DNA of 64,000 bases from a candidate division WOR-3 bacterium. Its GTDB lineage: Bacteria > Hydrothermota > 32-111. A program made the translations under genes and the position numbers. The notes under the pieces were generated by a model that saw only the letters and a program-made list of their open reading frames with translations, was not told the DNA's origin and did no database searches. The stretch lies in the NCBI GenBank assembly GCA_039804105.1, contig JBDRZU010000001.1, forward strand, positions 1,152,001 to 1,216,000, read 5' to 3'. Below, in pieces: positions 48,371 to 59,163 of this stretch (positions within the stretch are counted from its first letter, which is position 1; the number at the start of each line of letters is the position of its first letter).

Positions 48371-49826
48371 AAAATTTTTTTTGTTTTTATGTTTAAGTTG
48401 TTCCTTTTTATTTATCTTTAATTTTGAGTTGATATTCGATAATGAATATGAAAGTAGAATAATTGAAGAATTGTACCAGAGAAAAATCATAAGTGTTGAA
48501 GCGAGAACATATCCAATTAGAACAGAAAACCTGTTAAGAGAACTGAAAGAATCGAGAAAAAGAAAAAATCTTTCAAAAGAGGAAATCTTTTTGATCGAAA
48601 AATTGATTTCAAGATTTGAGAAGAAAAAAGAAATTTTTAAATACCATTTTGATTTCAACAACATATTTGATACAAAAAATTTTTCAGATTCAAGTGTAAT
48701 AAAAGATTCTGTTATAACTTATAACAATCTCTTGATAAAAAATAGTAAAAGCAATCTATTTTATCATATATCTTTTGACCTCTTCTTTCCTTTTGTTGAA
48801 AGGGACTCTTTTTATTATAGGATGAAAGATTGGAAAAAAACGGGCTCAGATTTTAACAATACTTTTTTTGGTGTCTATTCAAGAGATTATTTTTTAATCT
48901 TTGGAAGGATAAAGCCATCATGGGGTGGTGGCTTTTATGACAATATCTATTTTTCAAAAAACCTTCTACCACTGGATGGAATACTTTTAGAGTACGATTT
49001 TAAAAAAATGAAATTTTTTTATTTCACAGCATATATGACACCTTATTACTTGAAAGATAAAAAAAGAACTGATAATACATATATGTCAACACATAGATTG
49101 CAATTCTTTCCCAATAGAAATATAAATTTTTCCTTTAAAGAGATGATCATATATCAATCAAATCTTCCACAACCACCATATTTGAATCCTTTGATTTTTT
49201 ATTACATCATCCAGAACAATTCTTTTTCTGATGATAACATAATATGGAGTTTTGATCTTTCTTTTGAAAATCTTTATGGATTTAAAATCTACAATGAACT
49301 TTTTATAGATGATTATCAGTATGATCCAGAATTTATCTATGTTCCAAACAAACTCGGATATCTTTTTTCTACCACTTATTCTCGAAGCAAATTTGTTACC
49401 GGTATAGAATATTGTAGAATCAACACATATACTGGAACACATGAGTTTGATAGATTGAACTATTCGTATTACAGAAGACCGATATCATACTTTTTTGGAA
49501 CTGATGGGGATTTTTTTATTTTTAAATTTGATTACAGGATAAATGAAATAATGAAATGGGGTTACAATCTTTCTCTTTTAAGAAAAGGTTCAAGGGATCT
49601 TTTTGATTCTTGGGAAGAGGAAATGCCTCTAACTCAACCACCTTTTCCATCAGGTAAAGTTGAAATGACTTTTCAAAATGGAATAAGTTTTTATGGAGAA
49701 TTTTTTAAAGAAAAAATGTTTTTGAATTTTGATATAAGTCATCTTTATATAAAAAATTATAAAAACATTCTTGATGTTAACATGAACAGTTTTGAGATCA
49801 AATTTAAACTCGGAGCAAATCTATGA
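48360..49826 (+). CDS. Capsule assembly Wzi-like outer membrane protein
   Basis: Signal-like N-terminus, beta-rich, FGR..PSWG, HRL, YLNP..FY, Y.ELFIDD motifs; context. Confidence 0.6.
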   Translation: MVGKKFFLFLCLSCSFLFIFNFELIFDNEYESRIIEELYQRKIISVEARTYPIRTENLLRELKESRKRKNLSKEEIFLIEKLISRFEKKKEIFKYHFDFNNIFDTKNFSDSSVIKDSVITYNNLLIKNSKSNLFYHISFDLFFPFVERDSFYYRMKDWKKTGSDFNNTFFGVYSRDYFLIFGRIKPSWGGGFYDNIYFSKNLLPLDGILLEYDFKKMKFFYFTAYMTPYYLKDKKRTDNTYMSTHRLQFFPNRNINFSFKEMIIYQSNLPQPPYLNPLIFYYIIQNNSFSDDNIIWSFDLSFENLYGFKIYNELFIDDYQYDPEFIYVPNKLGYLFSTTYSRSKFVTGIEYCRINTYTGTHEFDRLNYSYYRRPISYFFGTDGDFFIFKFDYRINEIMKWGYNLSLLRKGSRDLFDSWEEEMPLTQPPFPSGKVEMTFQNGISFYGEFFKEKMFLNFDISHLYIKNYKNILDVNMNSFEIKFKLGANL

Positions 49827-50752
49827 AAATCCTTGTTACAGGTGGAGCAGGTTTTATAGGGTCAAATCTTGTAGATAGCTTGGTTGAGAAGGGAGAAGAA
49901 GTTTTTATAGTTGATGATCTATCGAGTGGTGAAGAAATAAATATTAACAAAGAAGCAAAATTCTTTAAATGTGATATCTCCAACAAAGATGATCTAAAAA
50001 AAGTGTTTAAAGAAACTCGACCGGAAATTGTTTTTCATCTTGCAGCACAAATAGATGTGAGAATATCAACAGAGGAACCAGAAAGGGATGCAAAAATTAA
50101 CATTATTGGAACGATAAATATCCTTGATCTTATGAAAAATTTTAACACACGAAAAATAATTTTCTCTTCTTCAGGTGGTGCGATCTATGGAGAGGTTGAT
50201 AAACCTGCGACCGAGGAATATGAGAAAAATCCAGAATCTTGTTATGGAATCTCAAAATATGCTGGAGAGTTCTATATAAAATTTTTCAGTAAAAATTATG
50301 GTTTTGAATATACAATTTTAAGATACGGAAACGTTTATGGTGAAAGACAATCTGTAAAAGGTGAGGCAGGTGTTGTTGCTATATTTATAAACAAGATGTT
50401 GAATAATCAAGAATGCACACTTTATGGATATGGAAAAATGTATAGAGATTATGTTTATGTAAAGGATATAGTGAAATCAAATGTTCTATCTATAGAAAAT
50501 GGTAAAAATAAAATTTATAATGTTGGAACGGGAAAGAGTAAATCTGTTTTGGATGTTTTTGAATCGATTAAAAAACATTTTCCAGACTATAAATTTCAAC
50601 CAAGATTTGAGGAAAAGAGGAGGGGAGAGATAGTAAAAAGTATTTTAGATAATTCTTTGATTAAAAAGGATTATGGTATTAACTTTACAGATTTTGATGT
50701 TGGTATAGAAAATACTGTAAAATATTTTAAGGAGACATTAAAAAATGGATGA
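49823..50752 (+). CDS. NAD-dependent epimerase/dehydratase (UDP-glucose 4-epimerase-like)
   Basis: TGGAGFIGS, HLAAQ, SSSGGAIYG, YGISK, RYGNVYG. Confidence 0.92.
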   Translation: MKILVTGGAGFIGSNLVDSLVEKGEEVFIVDDLSSGEEININKEAKFFKCDISNKDDLKKVFKETRPEIVFHLAAQIDVRISTEEPERDAKINIIGTINILDLMKNFNTRKIIFSSSGGAIYGEVDKPATEEYEKNPESCYGISKYAGEFYIKFFSKNYGFEYTILRYGNVYGERQSVKGEAGVVAIFINKMLNNQECTLYGYGKMYRDYVYVKDIVKSNVLSIENGKNKIYNVGTGKSKSVLDVFESIKKHFPDYKFQPRFEEKRRGEIVKSILDNSLIKKDYGINFTDFDVGIENTVKYFKETLKNG

Positions 50753-51344
50753 AAAAAAATATTTTGTTCATGAATCGTCTTATGTTGACGAAGGGGCTCA
50801 GATTGGAGAAGGAACAAAAATTTGGCACTTTTCCCATATAATGTCTGGAGCAAAAATTGGAAAAGATTGTACGATTGGTCAATCTGTTACAGTGGAAAAT
50901 AGAGCGATTGTCGGAAACAGGGTAAAGATACAGAACAATGTTTCAGTTTATGGAATGGTCGAAATCGAAGATGATGTTTTTCTTGGACCATCTATGGTTT
51001 TCACGAACGATCTTAATCCAAGAGCACCATACCCAAAACATGGAAACTGGATTCCTACTAAAGTTAAAAGGGGTGCATCAATCGGTGCAAATGCTACTAT
51101 AGTTTGTGGTGTTACAATAGGAAGATGGGCTTTTGTTGGAGCTGGAGCGGTTGTAACAAGAGATGTGCCTGACTATGCTATAGTTGTTGGAAATCCTGCA
51201 AAAATAATTGGCTATATGTGTGAATGTGGTTTTAAGATGAGAGGTGTTAAATATCCGATAGAAAAAGAAAGTGAATATGTTTGCTCAAACTGTGGAAAAA
51301 AATATGTAATAAAAAAAGAAGGAGTTTTTCTGAATGAAAGTTAA
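50745..51344 (+). CDS. Hexapeptide N-acetyltransferase, WbpD/WlbB-like
   Basis: IGEGTKIWHFSH, KIQNNVSVY, GPSMVFTND.NPR, C-terminal CECG..CSNCG. Confidence 0.88.
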   Translation: MDEKKYFVHESSYVDEGAQIGEGTKIWHFSHIMSGAKIGKDCTIGQSVTVENRAIVGNRVKIQNNVSVYGMVEIEDDVFLGPSMVFTNDLNPRAPYPKHGNWIPTKVKRGASIGANATIVCGVTIGRWAFVGAGAVVTRDVPDYAIVVGNPAKIIGYMCECGFKMRGVKYPIEKESEYVCSNCGKKYVIKKEGVFLNES

Positions 51345-52437
51345 AATGCTTGATCTTACAAGGGAATACAAAAAATACAGAAAAGAATATATTGATGCTA
51401 TAAATATAATTTTTGACAAAGGAAATTTTATTCTTGGAGAAGAGGTCTCGCTTCTTGAAAAAAATGTTGCAGAATATATTGGTGTGAAATATGGTGTTGG
51501 TGTTGCAAATGGAACTGATGCCCTTTTACTTTCTTTAAAAGCAGCAGGAATAAAGGAAGATGATGAAATTATAACAACACCATTCACTTTTTTTGCTACA
51601 GTTGAAACAGTTCTTCAATTGAAAGCGACACCTGTTTTTGTTGATATAAATTATGATGATTTCACGATAGATGTTTCTCAGATCGAGAAAAAGATAACAA
51701 AAAAAACAAAAGCTATTTTACCTGTCCATATCTTTGGTCATCCTGCTGATATGGTGGAGATAGAGAAAATTGCAAAAAAATATGGACTTATGATCATTGA
51801 AGATTGTGCACAAGCAATAGGGTCAAAAATAGGTGAGAAAAAATGTGGAAGTTTTGGAATAGCAGGAACGATTAGTTTTTTTCCGACAAAAAATATTGGA
51901 TGTGCTGGTGATGGAGGACTTGTTGTGACCGATTCTGAAGATGTTTATAAAAAAATAAAAACATTAAGAGTTCATGGATCGAGTGAAAAATATATCCACG
52001 AAGAACTTGGATACAATTCAAGATTGGATACTTTACAGGCATCTTTACTTCTTTTGAAGATGAAAAGAATAGAAGATATAAATTATAGAAGGAGAGAAAT
52101 AGCAAAAAATTATAATCTAAAACTTACCGAAAAAATAAAAAAACCATTTGAAAAAAAGAGCTGTTATCACATATACCATCAATATTCAATCCTTGTTGAA
52201 AAAAGAGAGAATTTAAAAAAATATCTTAAAGAGAATGGTATAGATACAACAATATACTACCCTCTTCCCCTTCATAAACAAAAAGCGGTTTTGAATTTGA
52301 TAAAAAAAGAATATTCTCTTCCTGTTGCTGAAGATGTTTCAAACAAAATTATTTCTTTACCGATATATCCTGAACTTGAGGATCGGGAAGTTGAATATGT
52401 TATAGAAAAGATTAACCGTTTCTATGATAGATTATAA
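51334..52437 (+). CDS. DegT/DnrJ/EryC1/StrS aminotransferase, WbpE/WlbC-like
   Basis: ANGTDAL, EDCAQAIG, SFFPTKNIG, GYNSRLD. Confidence 0.9.
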   Translation: MKVKMLDLTREYKKYRKEYIDAINIIFDKGNFILGEEVSLLEKNVAEYIGVKYGVGVANGTDALLLSLKAAGIKEDDEIITTPFTFFATVETVLQLKATPVFVDINYDDFTIDVSQIEKKITKKTKAILPVHIFGHPADMVEIEKIAKKYGLMIIEDCAQAIGSKIGEKKCGSFGIAGTISFFPTKNIGCAGDGGLVVTDSEDVYKKIKTLRVHGSSEKYIHEELGYNSRLDTLQASLLLLKMKRIEDINYRRREIAKNYNLKLTEKIKKPFEKKSCYHIYHQYSILVEKRENLKKYLKENGIDTTIYYPLPLHKQKAVLNLIKKEYSLPVAEDVSNKIISLPIYPELEDREVEYVIEKINRFYDRL

Positions 52438-54013
52438 AAATCTCCCGGACGAAACAGGTGTTTATATTTTCAAAGATAAAAATGGAAACATTTTATATAT
52501 AGGAAAAGCTTCCTCAATAAAAAATCGAGTTAAACAGTATCTTTTAGAGCAAGATAAGAGAGTTCAGGTTCCGTTCATACTTTCTGAAGCAGAGAAGGTT
52601 GAATACATTCTTACAAAAGATCAGAAAAATGCTTTGTTTCTTGAATTTAAACTCATAAACAAGTTTAAACCAAAATATAATGTAAAACTCAAGGATTCAA
52701 ATTCATATCCATATATAAAAATTTCTGGTGATAAATATCCTGTTTTATCTTTAACCTATAAAATAGATGATGGAACCTTTTTTGGTCCATTTTCAAAAGT
52801 TTCGTATGTAAAAACAATAATTGAGACTTTGAATAAAATCTTTTTGCTAAAAAGATGTAATCAAAAAAATCCCAAAAAAATTTGTATTGAGTATCAGATT
52901 GGAAATTGTGGAGGGGTATGTCAATTCGAAGAGGAAAAAAATATTTACAAACAAAAGATAAAAAAGGTTGAAGAAATTTTAAATGGTGGAACAAAAGAAT
53001 TGATAAAATTTTTAAAAAGTTACATGGAAGAACTTGTACAGAAAGAAGAATTTGAAAAAGCAGCTTTTGTTAGAGATAGCATAGAATTTATTAAGAAAGA
53101 GATCAAAAAAGGGAAAAGATTAACTTTTAAATATCAAAACAGAGATATCGTCTCTTTTTCGTTTGATAAAAGAAATGGAAGTTTTTCTGTATTAAAAATA
53201 AGGGAAAATTATATATCCGACATAATTACAAAAACATTTGTTTTTAATGAAAAGATGCCAAAAGATGAGATATGTAAAGAAATTTTATTAAAGTATTATA
53301 TTTCAACATCTGACTTCGATTTTTCTACCCTTGTTATAGATTTTAATTTTTTAGATGAAAGTTTTATAGAATTTTTTAAAGAAAAGGGAATCAATGTTGT
53401 AAAACTGGAAAAGAGTTTGATAGATCAGGAACCTTATAGAATTGCCAGAGAAAATTCTGATAACGAACTCTATAAATTTATAAAAAAAGAGTTTGTTCCT
53501 TCATCTATAATTGAATTAAAGAAGAATTTAAATCTGAAAGAGATTCCAAAAAACATTGTTGGAGTCGATATATCACATTTTTCTGGTGATTGGAATAGTG
53601 GCTCGGTTGTATTTTTTGAATATGGGAAACCAAAAAAATCTTTTTATAGGTATTATAACCTTGACGAAATAGGTAATGATGATTATCTTTCAATAAAAGA
53701 GATTTTTAAAAGATATCTTGAAAAATATGATGTAAACCTTGCAATAATAGATGGTGGTATAGGGCAGTTGATGATAGCAAAACAGGTGTTGAATGAATTG
53801 AATAAGGATATAGATTTGATTTCTGTTGCAAAAAAAACAAATACGATTTTTTTTCCAGAAGGAAAAAATGTTCAACTTGATATCAGATCGGGATCTTTTT
53901 ATATCATAAAAAAAGTTATAGATGAAGCGCACAGATTTGCTAACAAGTTGCGAAAGATAAAGATGAAAAATAAGATTGGAGTAAAAAAGAATGCAAAAAG
54001 AAATAACTCTTGA
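52424..54013 (+). CDS. uvrC: Excinuclease ABC subunit C (no C-terminal HhH)
   Basis: GVY..YIGKA GIY-YIG domain, PKYN, 4-Cys cluster, FEKAA..RD, DISH, IDGG.GQ, DEAHRFA. Confidence 0.88.
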   Translation: MIDYKNLPDETGVYIFKDKNGNILYIGKASSIKNRVKQYLLEQDKRVQVPFILSEAEKVEYILTKDQKNALFLEFKLINKFKPKYNVKLKDSNSYPYIKISGDKYPVLSLTYKIDDGTFFGPFSKVSYVKTIIETLNKIFLLKRCNQKNPKKICIEYQIGNCGGVCQFEEEKNIYKQKIKKVEEILNGGTKELIKFLKSYMEELVQKEEFEKAAFVRDSIEFIKKEIKKGKRLTFKYQNRDIVSFSFDKRNGSFSVLKIRENYISDIITKTFVFNEKMPKDEICKEILLKYYISTSDFDFSTLVIDFNFLDESFIEFFKEKGINVVKLEKSLIDQEPYRIARENSDNELYKFIKKEFVPSSIIELKKNLNLKEIPKNIVGVDISHFSGDWNSGSVVFFEYGKPKKSFYRYYNLDEIGNDDYLSIKEIFKRYLEKYDVNLAIIDGGIGQLMIAKQVLNELNKDIDLISVAKKTNTIFFPEGKNVQLDIRSGSFYIIKKVIDEAHRFANKLRKIKMKNKIGVKKNAKRNNS

Positions 54014-54728
54014 AGTTAAAAATTTGACTAAAAAGTATGGAAGAAAAATAGCGGTTAATGATATAAGTTTTAAACTCAAAGGTGGAGATATTTTTGGTTT
54101 TATCGGCCCGAACGGTGCTGGAAAAACAACAACAATAAAGTGTATTGGAGGTCTTCTTGAATATGAAAACGGTGATATTTTAATAAATGGAACAAGCAAT
54201 AAGATTTTTGATCAAAATTTAAAAAGAAGTTTGGGTTATGTTCCTGATACTCCTTTTTTATATGACAAGTTAACAGGCCGAGAGTTTTTATATTTTGTTG
54301 GAAGGTTGTATGGAATGGAAAGGAAAAAGATAGAAGAAAAGATAGATGAATATTCAAAAAAACTTGAATTTTATGATTATATGGATTTAAGAACGGAAGA
54401 ATATTCGCATGGAATGAAACAGAGAATAATAATTGCAAGTAGTTTTATTCATTCTCCAGATATTTTTTTGATCGATGAACCGATGGTTGGACTTGATCCA
54501 AAGAGTTCGAAAATAGTGAAAGATCTTTTTAAAGAGTTTTCTTATTCAAACAGGATCCTTTTTATTTCAACCCACACGCTTTCACTTGCAGAAGAGATCT
54601 GTAATAAAATCGGGATAATGGATAAAGGTAATCTTGTATATTTTGGTTCGATAGAAAATTTGAAGGAAAGTTTGAAAAAGTCAAACCTTGAAGAACTATT
54701 TTTGGAAATTACAAAAGATGATAACTGA
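53991..54728 (+). CDS. ABC transporter ATP-binding protein
   Basis: GPNGAGKTT, YSHGMKQR, IDEPMVGLDP, STH. Confidence 0.95.
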   Translation: MQKEITLEVKNLTKKYGRKIAVNDISFKLKGGDIFGFIGPNGAGKTTTIKCIGGLLEYENGDILINGTSNKIFDQNLKRSLGYVPDTPFLYDKLTGREFLYFVGRLYGMERKKIEEKIDEYSKKLEFYDYMDLRTEEYSHGMKQRIIIASSFIHSPDIFLIDEPMVGLDPKSSKIVKDLFKEFSYSNRILFISTHTLSLAEEICNKIGIMDKGNLVYFGSIENLKESLKKSNLEELFLEITKDDN

Positions 54729-56373
54729 AATATTTACTTTAAAAAGTAAAATTGTTTTGAGATCTCTGATGATAAAAGATTTTAAATCATTTGTAAAATT
54801 TTTGACTTTTTTATTTGTTATAACAACATTTCTTTCTGGAACATATTTTGTTTTCTTTAAAGTGTTTAACTATCTTTTGAATCTTGAAGATATAGGACGT
54901 GGATTTATTTATAGAATAAGTTCTTTACTTTTTACAATAATATTTTTTCTTCTTTTTACAAGTTCAATCATAACCTCGCTTTCAACATTTTTCAGAACAC
55001 CTGAACTTGAATTTCTTTTTTCAACGCCATTGAAAACAGAACACATATTCTTTTCAAAGATTGTTGAAAATGGTTTTTATGCTTCATGGGCTTCTTTGGT
55101 AATATCTCTTCCTTTGATCTTTTCGATAGCAAAAGTTTTTAATATTGAATCAATCTATCTTGTAAAATGGTTGATTTTGTTTATTGGGATGCTTTTTGTG
55201 TCAACATCTTTTGGGATTTTTATTGTTTTTTTGATTTCAGATCTTTTTAAAAGATTTTCTTTAAATTTTTTAATCTCTCTGATTTTTATAATATTGATTT
55301 CTTTTTTTGTGTTTTTCTTTATTTTTGTGAAACCTGATATATTCAATCTTCCAAAAAATGCAACTCTTGAAGAGGTTACAAAATATCTAAATTCTCTTGA
55401 AGTTGAACAGTTTAAATATTTACCAAGTGGTCTTGTTCTTCAAATAATATTCAATGATATAAATGCGAAAAGTTCTTCTGTTCAATATTTTTATCTCTCG
55501 GTCTATATTGTGTTCACGGTAATTTTTCTTCTGTTTATTATAAAAATTTATAGAAAAAAATATCTCGGGTTTTCCCTTTTAAATCTTTCAATTAAAAAGA
55601 AAAGGAGCAAAGTTCTTGAAAATAAGATCTTTTCTAAAAATCTTGAAATTTTTTTAATTGTAAAAGATATGGTGATTTTTTTCAGAGATCCTTCACAATG
55701 GGGTCAATCTTTGATATTTATGATTTTGCTTTTCATCTATTCGTTTAGTATAATAAGAAGTCCAATTTATTTTAAAACACCATTTTATACTTACATTTTG
55801 TCCTTTGCAAACCTTGGTTTTTCATCTTATATTATGGCAACACTCTCAGTTAGATTTATATACCCTTTGATTTCTCTTGAAGGTAAAACTTTTTCCATCA
55901 TAAAAAGCTCGATCAAAATCGAAAGATACTTTAACTCTAAACTGATTTTCAATTTTTTGATAATTTTTTTTCTTGGAGAATTTCTTATTGTTATGACAAA
56001 TATTTTTTTGAAGATGGATCTTTTAATAATTGTGTTATCAACGATAATAACTTTTATATTCTCTTTTGGAATAACTATAATCAACACAGGTCTTGGAGCG
56101 ATTTTACCTGATTTTAGCGAAAAAAATCCTTCCAAAATTGCAAGTGGTTTTGGAGGAATAGTTTCCGCTGTAATTTCTCTTTTTTATGTTGGATTATCCC
56201 TTTCTATTCTTTCGAATCCTGTAAAAAATTATTTTGAAAGTAGTTTCAGAAATCTTCCTTTTGATATAAAAGAATTTTATTTTTCAGTATTTTTTATAAT
56301 TGTATTTACTTTGTTAATGTTTATAATAATTTACATTTTTGCTTTGAAAAGATTGAAAAATTTTAACTTTTAA
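54718..56373 (+). CDS. Putative ABC exporter permease
   Basis: Highly hydrophobic with many TMs, FFRDPSQW, ISLEG; adjacent to the ATPase gene. Confidence 0.8.
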   Translation: MITEIFTLKSKIVLRSLMIKDFKSFVKFLTFLFVITTFLSGTYFVFFKVFNYLLNLEDIGRGFIYRISSLLFTIIFFLLFTSSIITSLSTFFRTPELEFLFSTPLKTEHIFFSKIVENGFYASWASLVISLPLIFSIAKVFNIESIYLVKWLILFIGMLFVSTSFGIFIVFLISDLFKRFSLNFLISLIFIILISFFVFFFIFVKPDIFNLPKNATLEEVTKYLNSLEVEQFKYLPSGLVLQIIFNDINAKSSSVQYFYLSVYIVFTVIFLLFIIKIYRKKYLGFSLLNLSIKKKRSKVLENKIFSKNLEIFLIVKDMVIFFRDPSQWGQSLIFMILLFIYSFSIIRSPIYFKTPFYTYILSFANLGFSSYIMATLSVRFIYPLISLEGKTFSIIKSSIKIERYFNSKLIFNFLIIFFLGEFLIVMTNIFLKMDLLIIVLSTIITFIFSFGITIINTGLGAILPDFSEKNPSKIASGFGGIVSAVISLFYVGLSLSILSNPVKNYFESSFRNLPFDIKEFYFSVFFIIVFTLLMFIIIYIFALKRLKNFNF

Positions 56374-56391
56374 ATATAAAAGGAGTAAAAA

Positions 56392-59163
56392 ATGAAAAAA
56401 TTATTTTTCTTTCTTTTAACACTTCTATTTTTTCTTTTCTCTTTTTCTGAATATCTTGTTGTAAGTGATAAAATGATATCTAAAGTTGATATCTATTACA
56501 ATTTTGATGGGCTTTATATTGGAAAAACAGAAAAATTTTTGAATGGAGAAGGTGAACTTTTTATAAAAGAGTTTAGAAAAGATAAAAACTATTTTGTTCT
56601 TTCTGGAAGAGATCTTAAAAATATTCCAAAAAATGTTATCTATTTTAATTTTGAAAAAAGTATTTTTCTTATAGAAAGTGAAAGTGAAATTTATGAAAAA
56701 GAAACAAACTTTGAAATGGTAAAACTGAATTTTAGAAAAAAAATGGATTTTGATCCTTTTGAAAATTATCTTTCCTTTCCTCATATAAACCTGAAAAATT
56801 TAAGAAGAAAAGATCAACTTTCTGGTATACTATCAAACATCTCTTCCGATTCTTTGTATAATACTGTGGCAACACTTTCAGGTGCATATCCCTATCCACA
56901 GGGAACGTATAGTAAATCAAGAGTCATGGTTACAACATGGCTTGATACTGCTTCTGTTTATCTTTTCAATAGGATGAATTCTTGTAGTCTTGACACAGTT
57001 TATTATCAGGATTTTTATGTTGGTTCTTACCATGTAAAAAATGTTGTAGGACTTAAAAAAGGTATTTTATCTTCAGATACATGTATAGTTGTTGGTGCCC
57101 ATTATGATGACTATTCAAACAATTTTAATATAGCGCCTGGTGCTGATGATAATGCTTCTGGGTCTGCTGCTGTTTTGGAACTTGCAAGAAACTTTTCTTC
57201 GACAACTTCTGATTATGATATATATTTTGTTCTTTTTACAGCAGAAGAATATGGACTTTATGGTTCAGAATATTTTGTTTATAACTATATTTTACCCGAA
57301 AGTATGTTTGTTCTTGGAATGTTAAATTTTGATATGATAGGATACAATCCGAGTTTAAATTATCAATTAACTTTATATGGACTATCACATTCCGATCCTT
57401 TAAAAAATCTCTATAAACAGATGTGTGATAGTTTTACAACAGTAAATTGTGTTATTGGAGGAGGAAGTTCTGGAAGCGACCATTATTTCTTTGATATCGA
57501 AGGATTTAAAGTCACATTTGCTATAGAGTATACTTTTTCACCTGTTTACCACTCAACAAAAGATTCAATATCTTATCTGAATTTTGACTACATGAAAGAG
57601 GTTGTAAAAGGTGGTGCTGCAACTTTATATATACTTAGTAAAATTCCTGCATCAATTAATTCACTAACACTGAATGATAAGGGTGATTCAACGGTTCTTG
57701 TCAATTGGAGTAAATCGATAAGTCCAGATGTTTCAGGTTATAAAATTTATTATAGAAAAGAAGGAGATTTGAATGAAAATTTTATTATGACGCCTGATAC
57801 GAATTCATATACCACACCATCTTTGATTCCAGGTTCTCTTTATTATTTCAGAGTTGTTCCTGTTGATAATGATGGTATTGAAGGTTTTTCAGAGATTATT
57901 GATACGATAACTCCATCTTTCGTTCCAAACAGGATCAGTTTGAACAAGATATATTCTGATAAAGAAAACGTTTACATATACATTCAAAAAAATAACGCAC
58001 TCGATTTTTCACATTACAATGTTTACAGAAAGAGAAAAGGTGATTTAAGTTTTTCTTTAATAAAAAGTATAACAGATACATTTTTTATTGATTCAACATT
58101 AAATGATAGTTCAATATATATATACTGTTTTACAACAGTTGATAAATCTTTATATGAAAGTGAACCTTCCAACACTGACAGTGTTCGTCTGTTTAAAATG
58201 GAAAAAGAATTTTTGGTAATAGATGAGACAAACAACAGTACAACTGTTACAGATTTAAAAACAGATTCCTATTATGATTCTATCTTTGGTAAATTTATAT
58301 ATGATAAAGTGGATATGGATTCAATAACGAAAGGAAACAATATAATTTTTGGTAATTACAAAAAAATTTTCTATATAGATGATGATCTTTCAACCAACAA
58401 ACTTGATTATGAAGATCTAGTAAGATATGTAGAAAATGGGGGAAAAGTTATTCTGGCGGGATGGAATATCGGACGATCGATAACAGGCTACCCTTCAACA
58501 TACCCTGTTTATCCTGAAACGAGTTCTGTTGCGTATAAAGTTTTTAATATTTCAAAGTATAATAGAAAACAATCAGCAGATCTTGTAAAAATTGATTATA
58601 ACATAGTTGGTAGAAATGATAGTGTTAAGTTTGTTGAATCAAAACTTCCTGTTGGTTCAAACGGTAATCTAATCTATGGTGGAATATTTGAACTTGTTGG
58701 ATTAAACCAGATTTTTGGACATTTTGTTTCAGCATCAATGGATACAGTTTTTAATGAAAAAACTATTCTCTACTCAAAGAAGGATACTTCTATTATAGTT
58801 CTTGGTGCACCACTTTATTATATGGAAACACAGAGTGCAAAACGACTCATTAACGATATCTTATCGTTGTGGGATATTCAGATGGGTATTGAAGAAAAAG
58901 ATCTTTTCATAAAAGGTAACGATTACATAAATCTCAAATACTCTAAAGGAAAAATCTTATTACATTATGAAAACATACCTTTTGAAAGTTATAGTTTAAA
59001 AATTATAGATGTTTCGGGAAGAATTATAAGGAATATCAATTTTGATATAAAAGAATCAAAGGGTGTTTTCAGTTTTGATGAAAAACTTAAAAAAGGAATT
59101 TATTTTATAAATCTTACTTCAGAAAATTTAAGATTTAACAAAAAGATGTTTATTGTTGAATAA
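56392..59163 (+). CDS. Secreted M28 peptidase with FN3 domains and T9SS-like C-terminal sorting domain
   Basis: Signal peptide, GAHYD, PGADDNASG, AEEYGLYGS, NFDMIG, SDH, YHS; FN3 (W..S..DVSGYKIYY); IIDVSGRII..LKKGIYFI tail. Confidence 0.85.
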   Translation: MKKLFFFLLTLLFFLFSFSEYLVVSDKMISKVDIYYNFDGLYIGKTEKFLNGEGELFIKEFRKDKNYFVLSGRDLKNIPKNVIYFNFEKSIFLIESESEIYEKETNFEMVKLNFRKKMDFDPFENYLSFPHINLKNLRRKDQLSGILSNISSDSLYNTVATLSGAYPYPQGTYSKSRVMVTTWLDTASVYLFNRMNSCSLDTVYYQDFYVGSYHVKNVVGLKKGILSSDTCIVVGAHYDDYSNNFNIAPGADDNASGSAAVLELARNFSSTTSDYDIYFVLFTAEEYGLYGSEYFVYNYILPESMFVLGMLNFDMIGYNPSLNYQLTLYGLSHSDPLKNLYKQMCDSFTTVNCVIGGGSSGSDHYFFDIEGFKVTFAIEYTFSPVYHSTKDSISYLNFDYMKEVVKGGAATLYILSKIPASINSLTLNDKGDSTVLVNWSKSISPDVSGYKIYYRKEGDLNENFIMTPDTNSYTTPSLIPGSLYYFRVVPVDNDGIEGFSEIIDTITPSFVPNRISLNKIYSDKENVYIYIQKNNALDFSHYNVYRKRKGDLSFSLIKSITDTFFIDSTLNDSSIYIYCFTTVDKSLYESEPSNTDSVRLFKMEKEFLVIDETNNSTTVTDLKTDSYYDSIFGKFIYDKVDMDSITKGNNIIFGNYKKIFYIDDDLSTNKLDYEDLVRYVENGGKVILAGWNIGRSITGYPSTYPVYPETSSVAYKVFNISKYNRKQSADLVKIDYNIVGRNDSVKFVESKLPVGSNGNLIYGGIFELVGLNQIFGHFVSASMDTVFNEKTILYSKKDTSIIVLGAPLYYMETQSAKRLINDILSLWDIQMGIEEKDLFIKGNDYINLKYSKGKILLHYENIPFESYSLKIIDVSGRIIRNINFDIKESKGVFSFDEKLKKGIYFINLTSENLRFNKKMFIVE

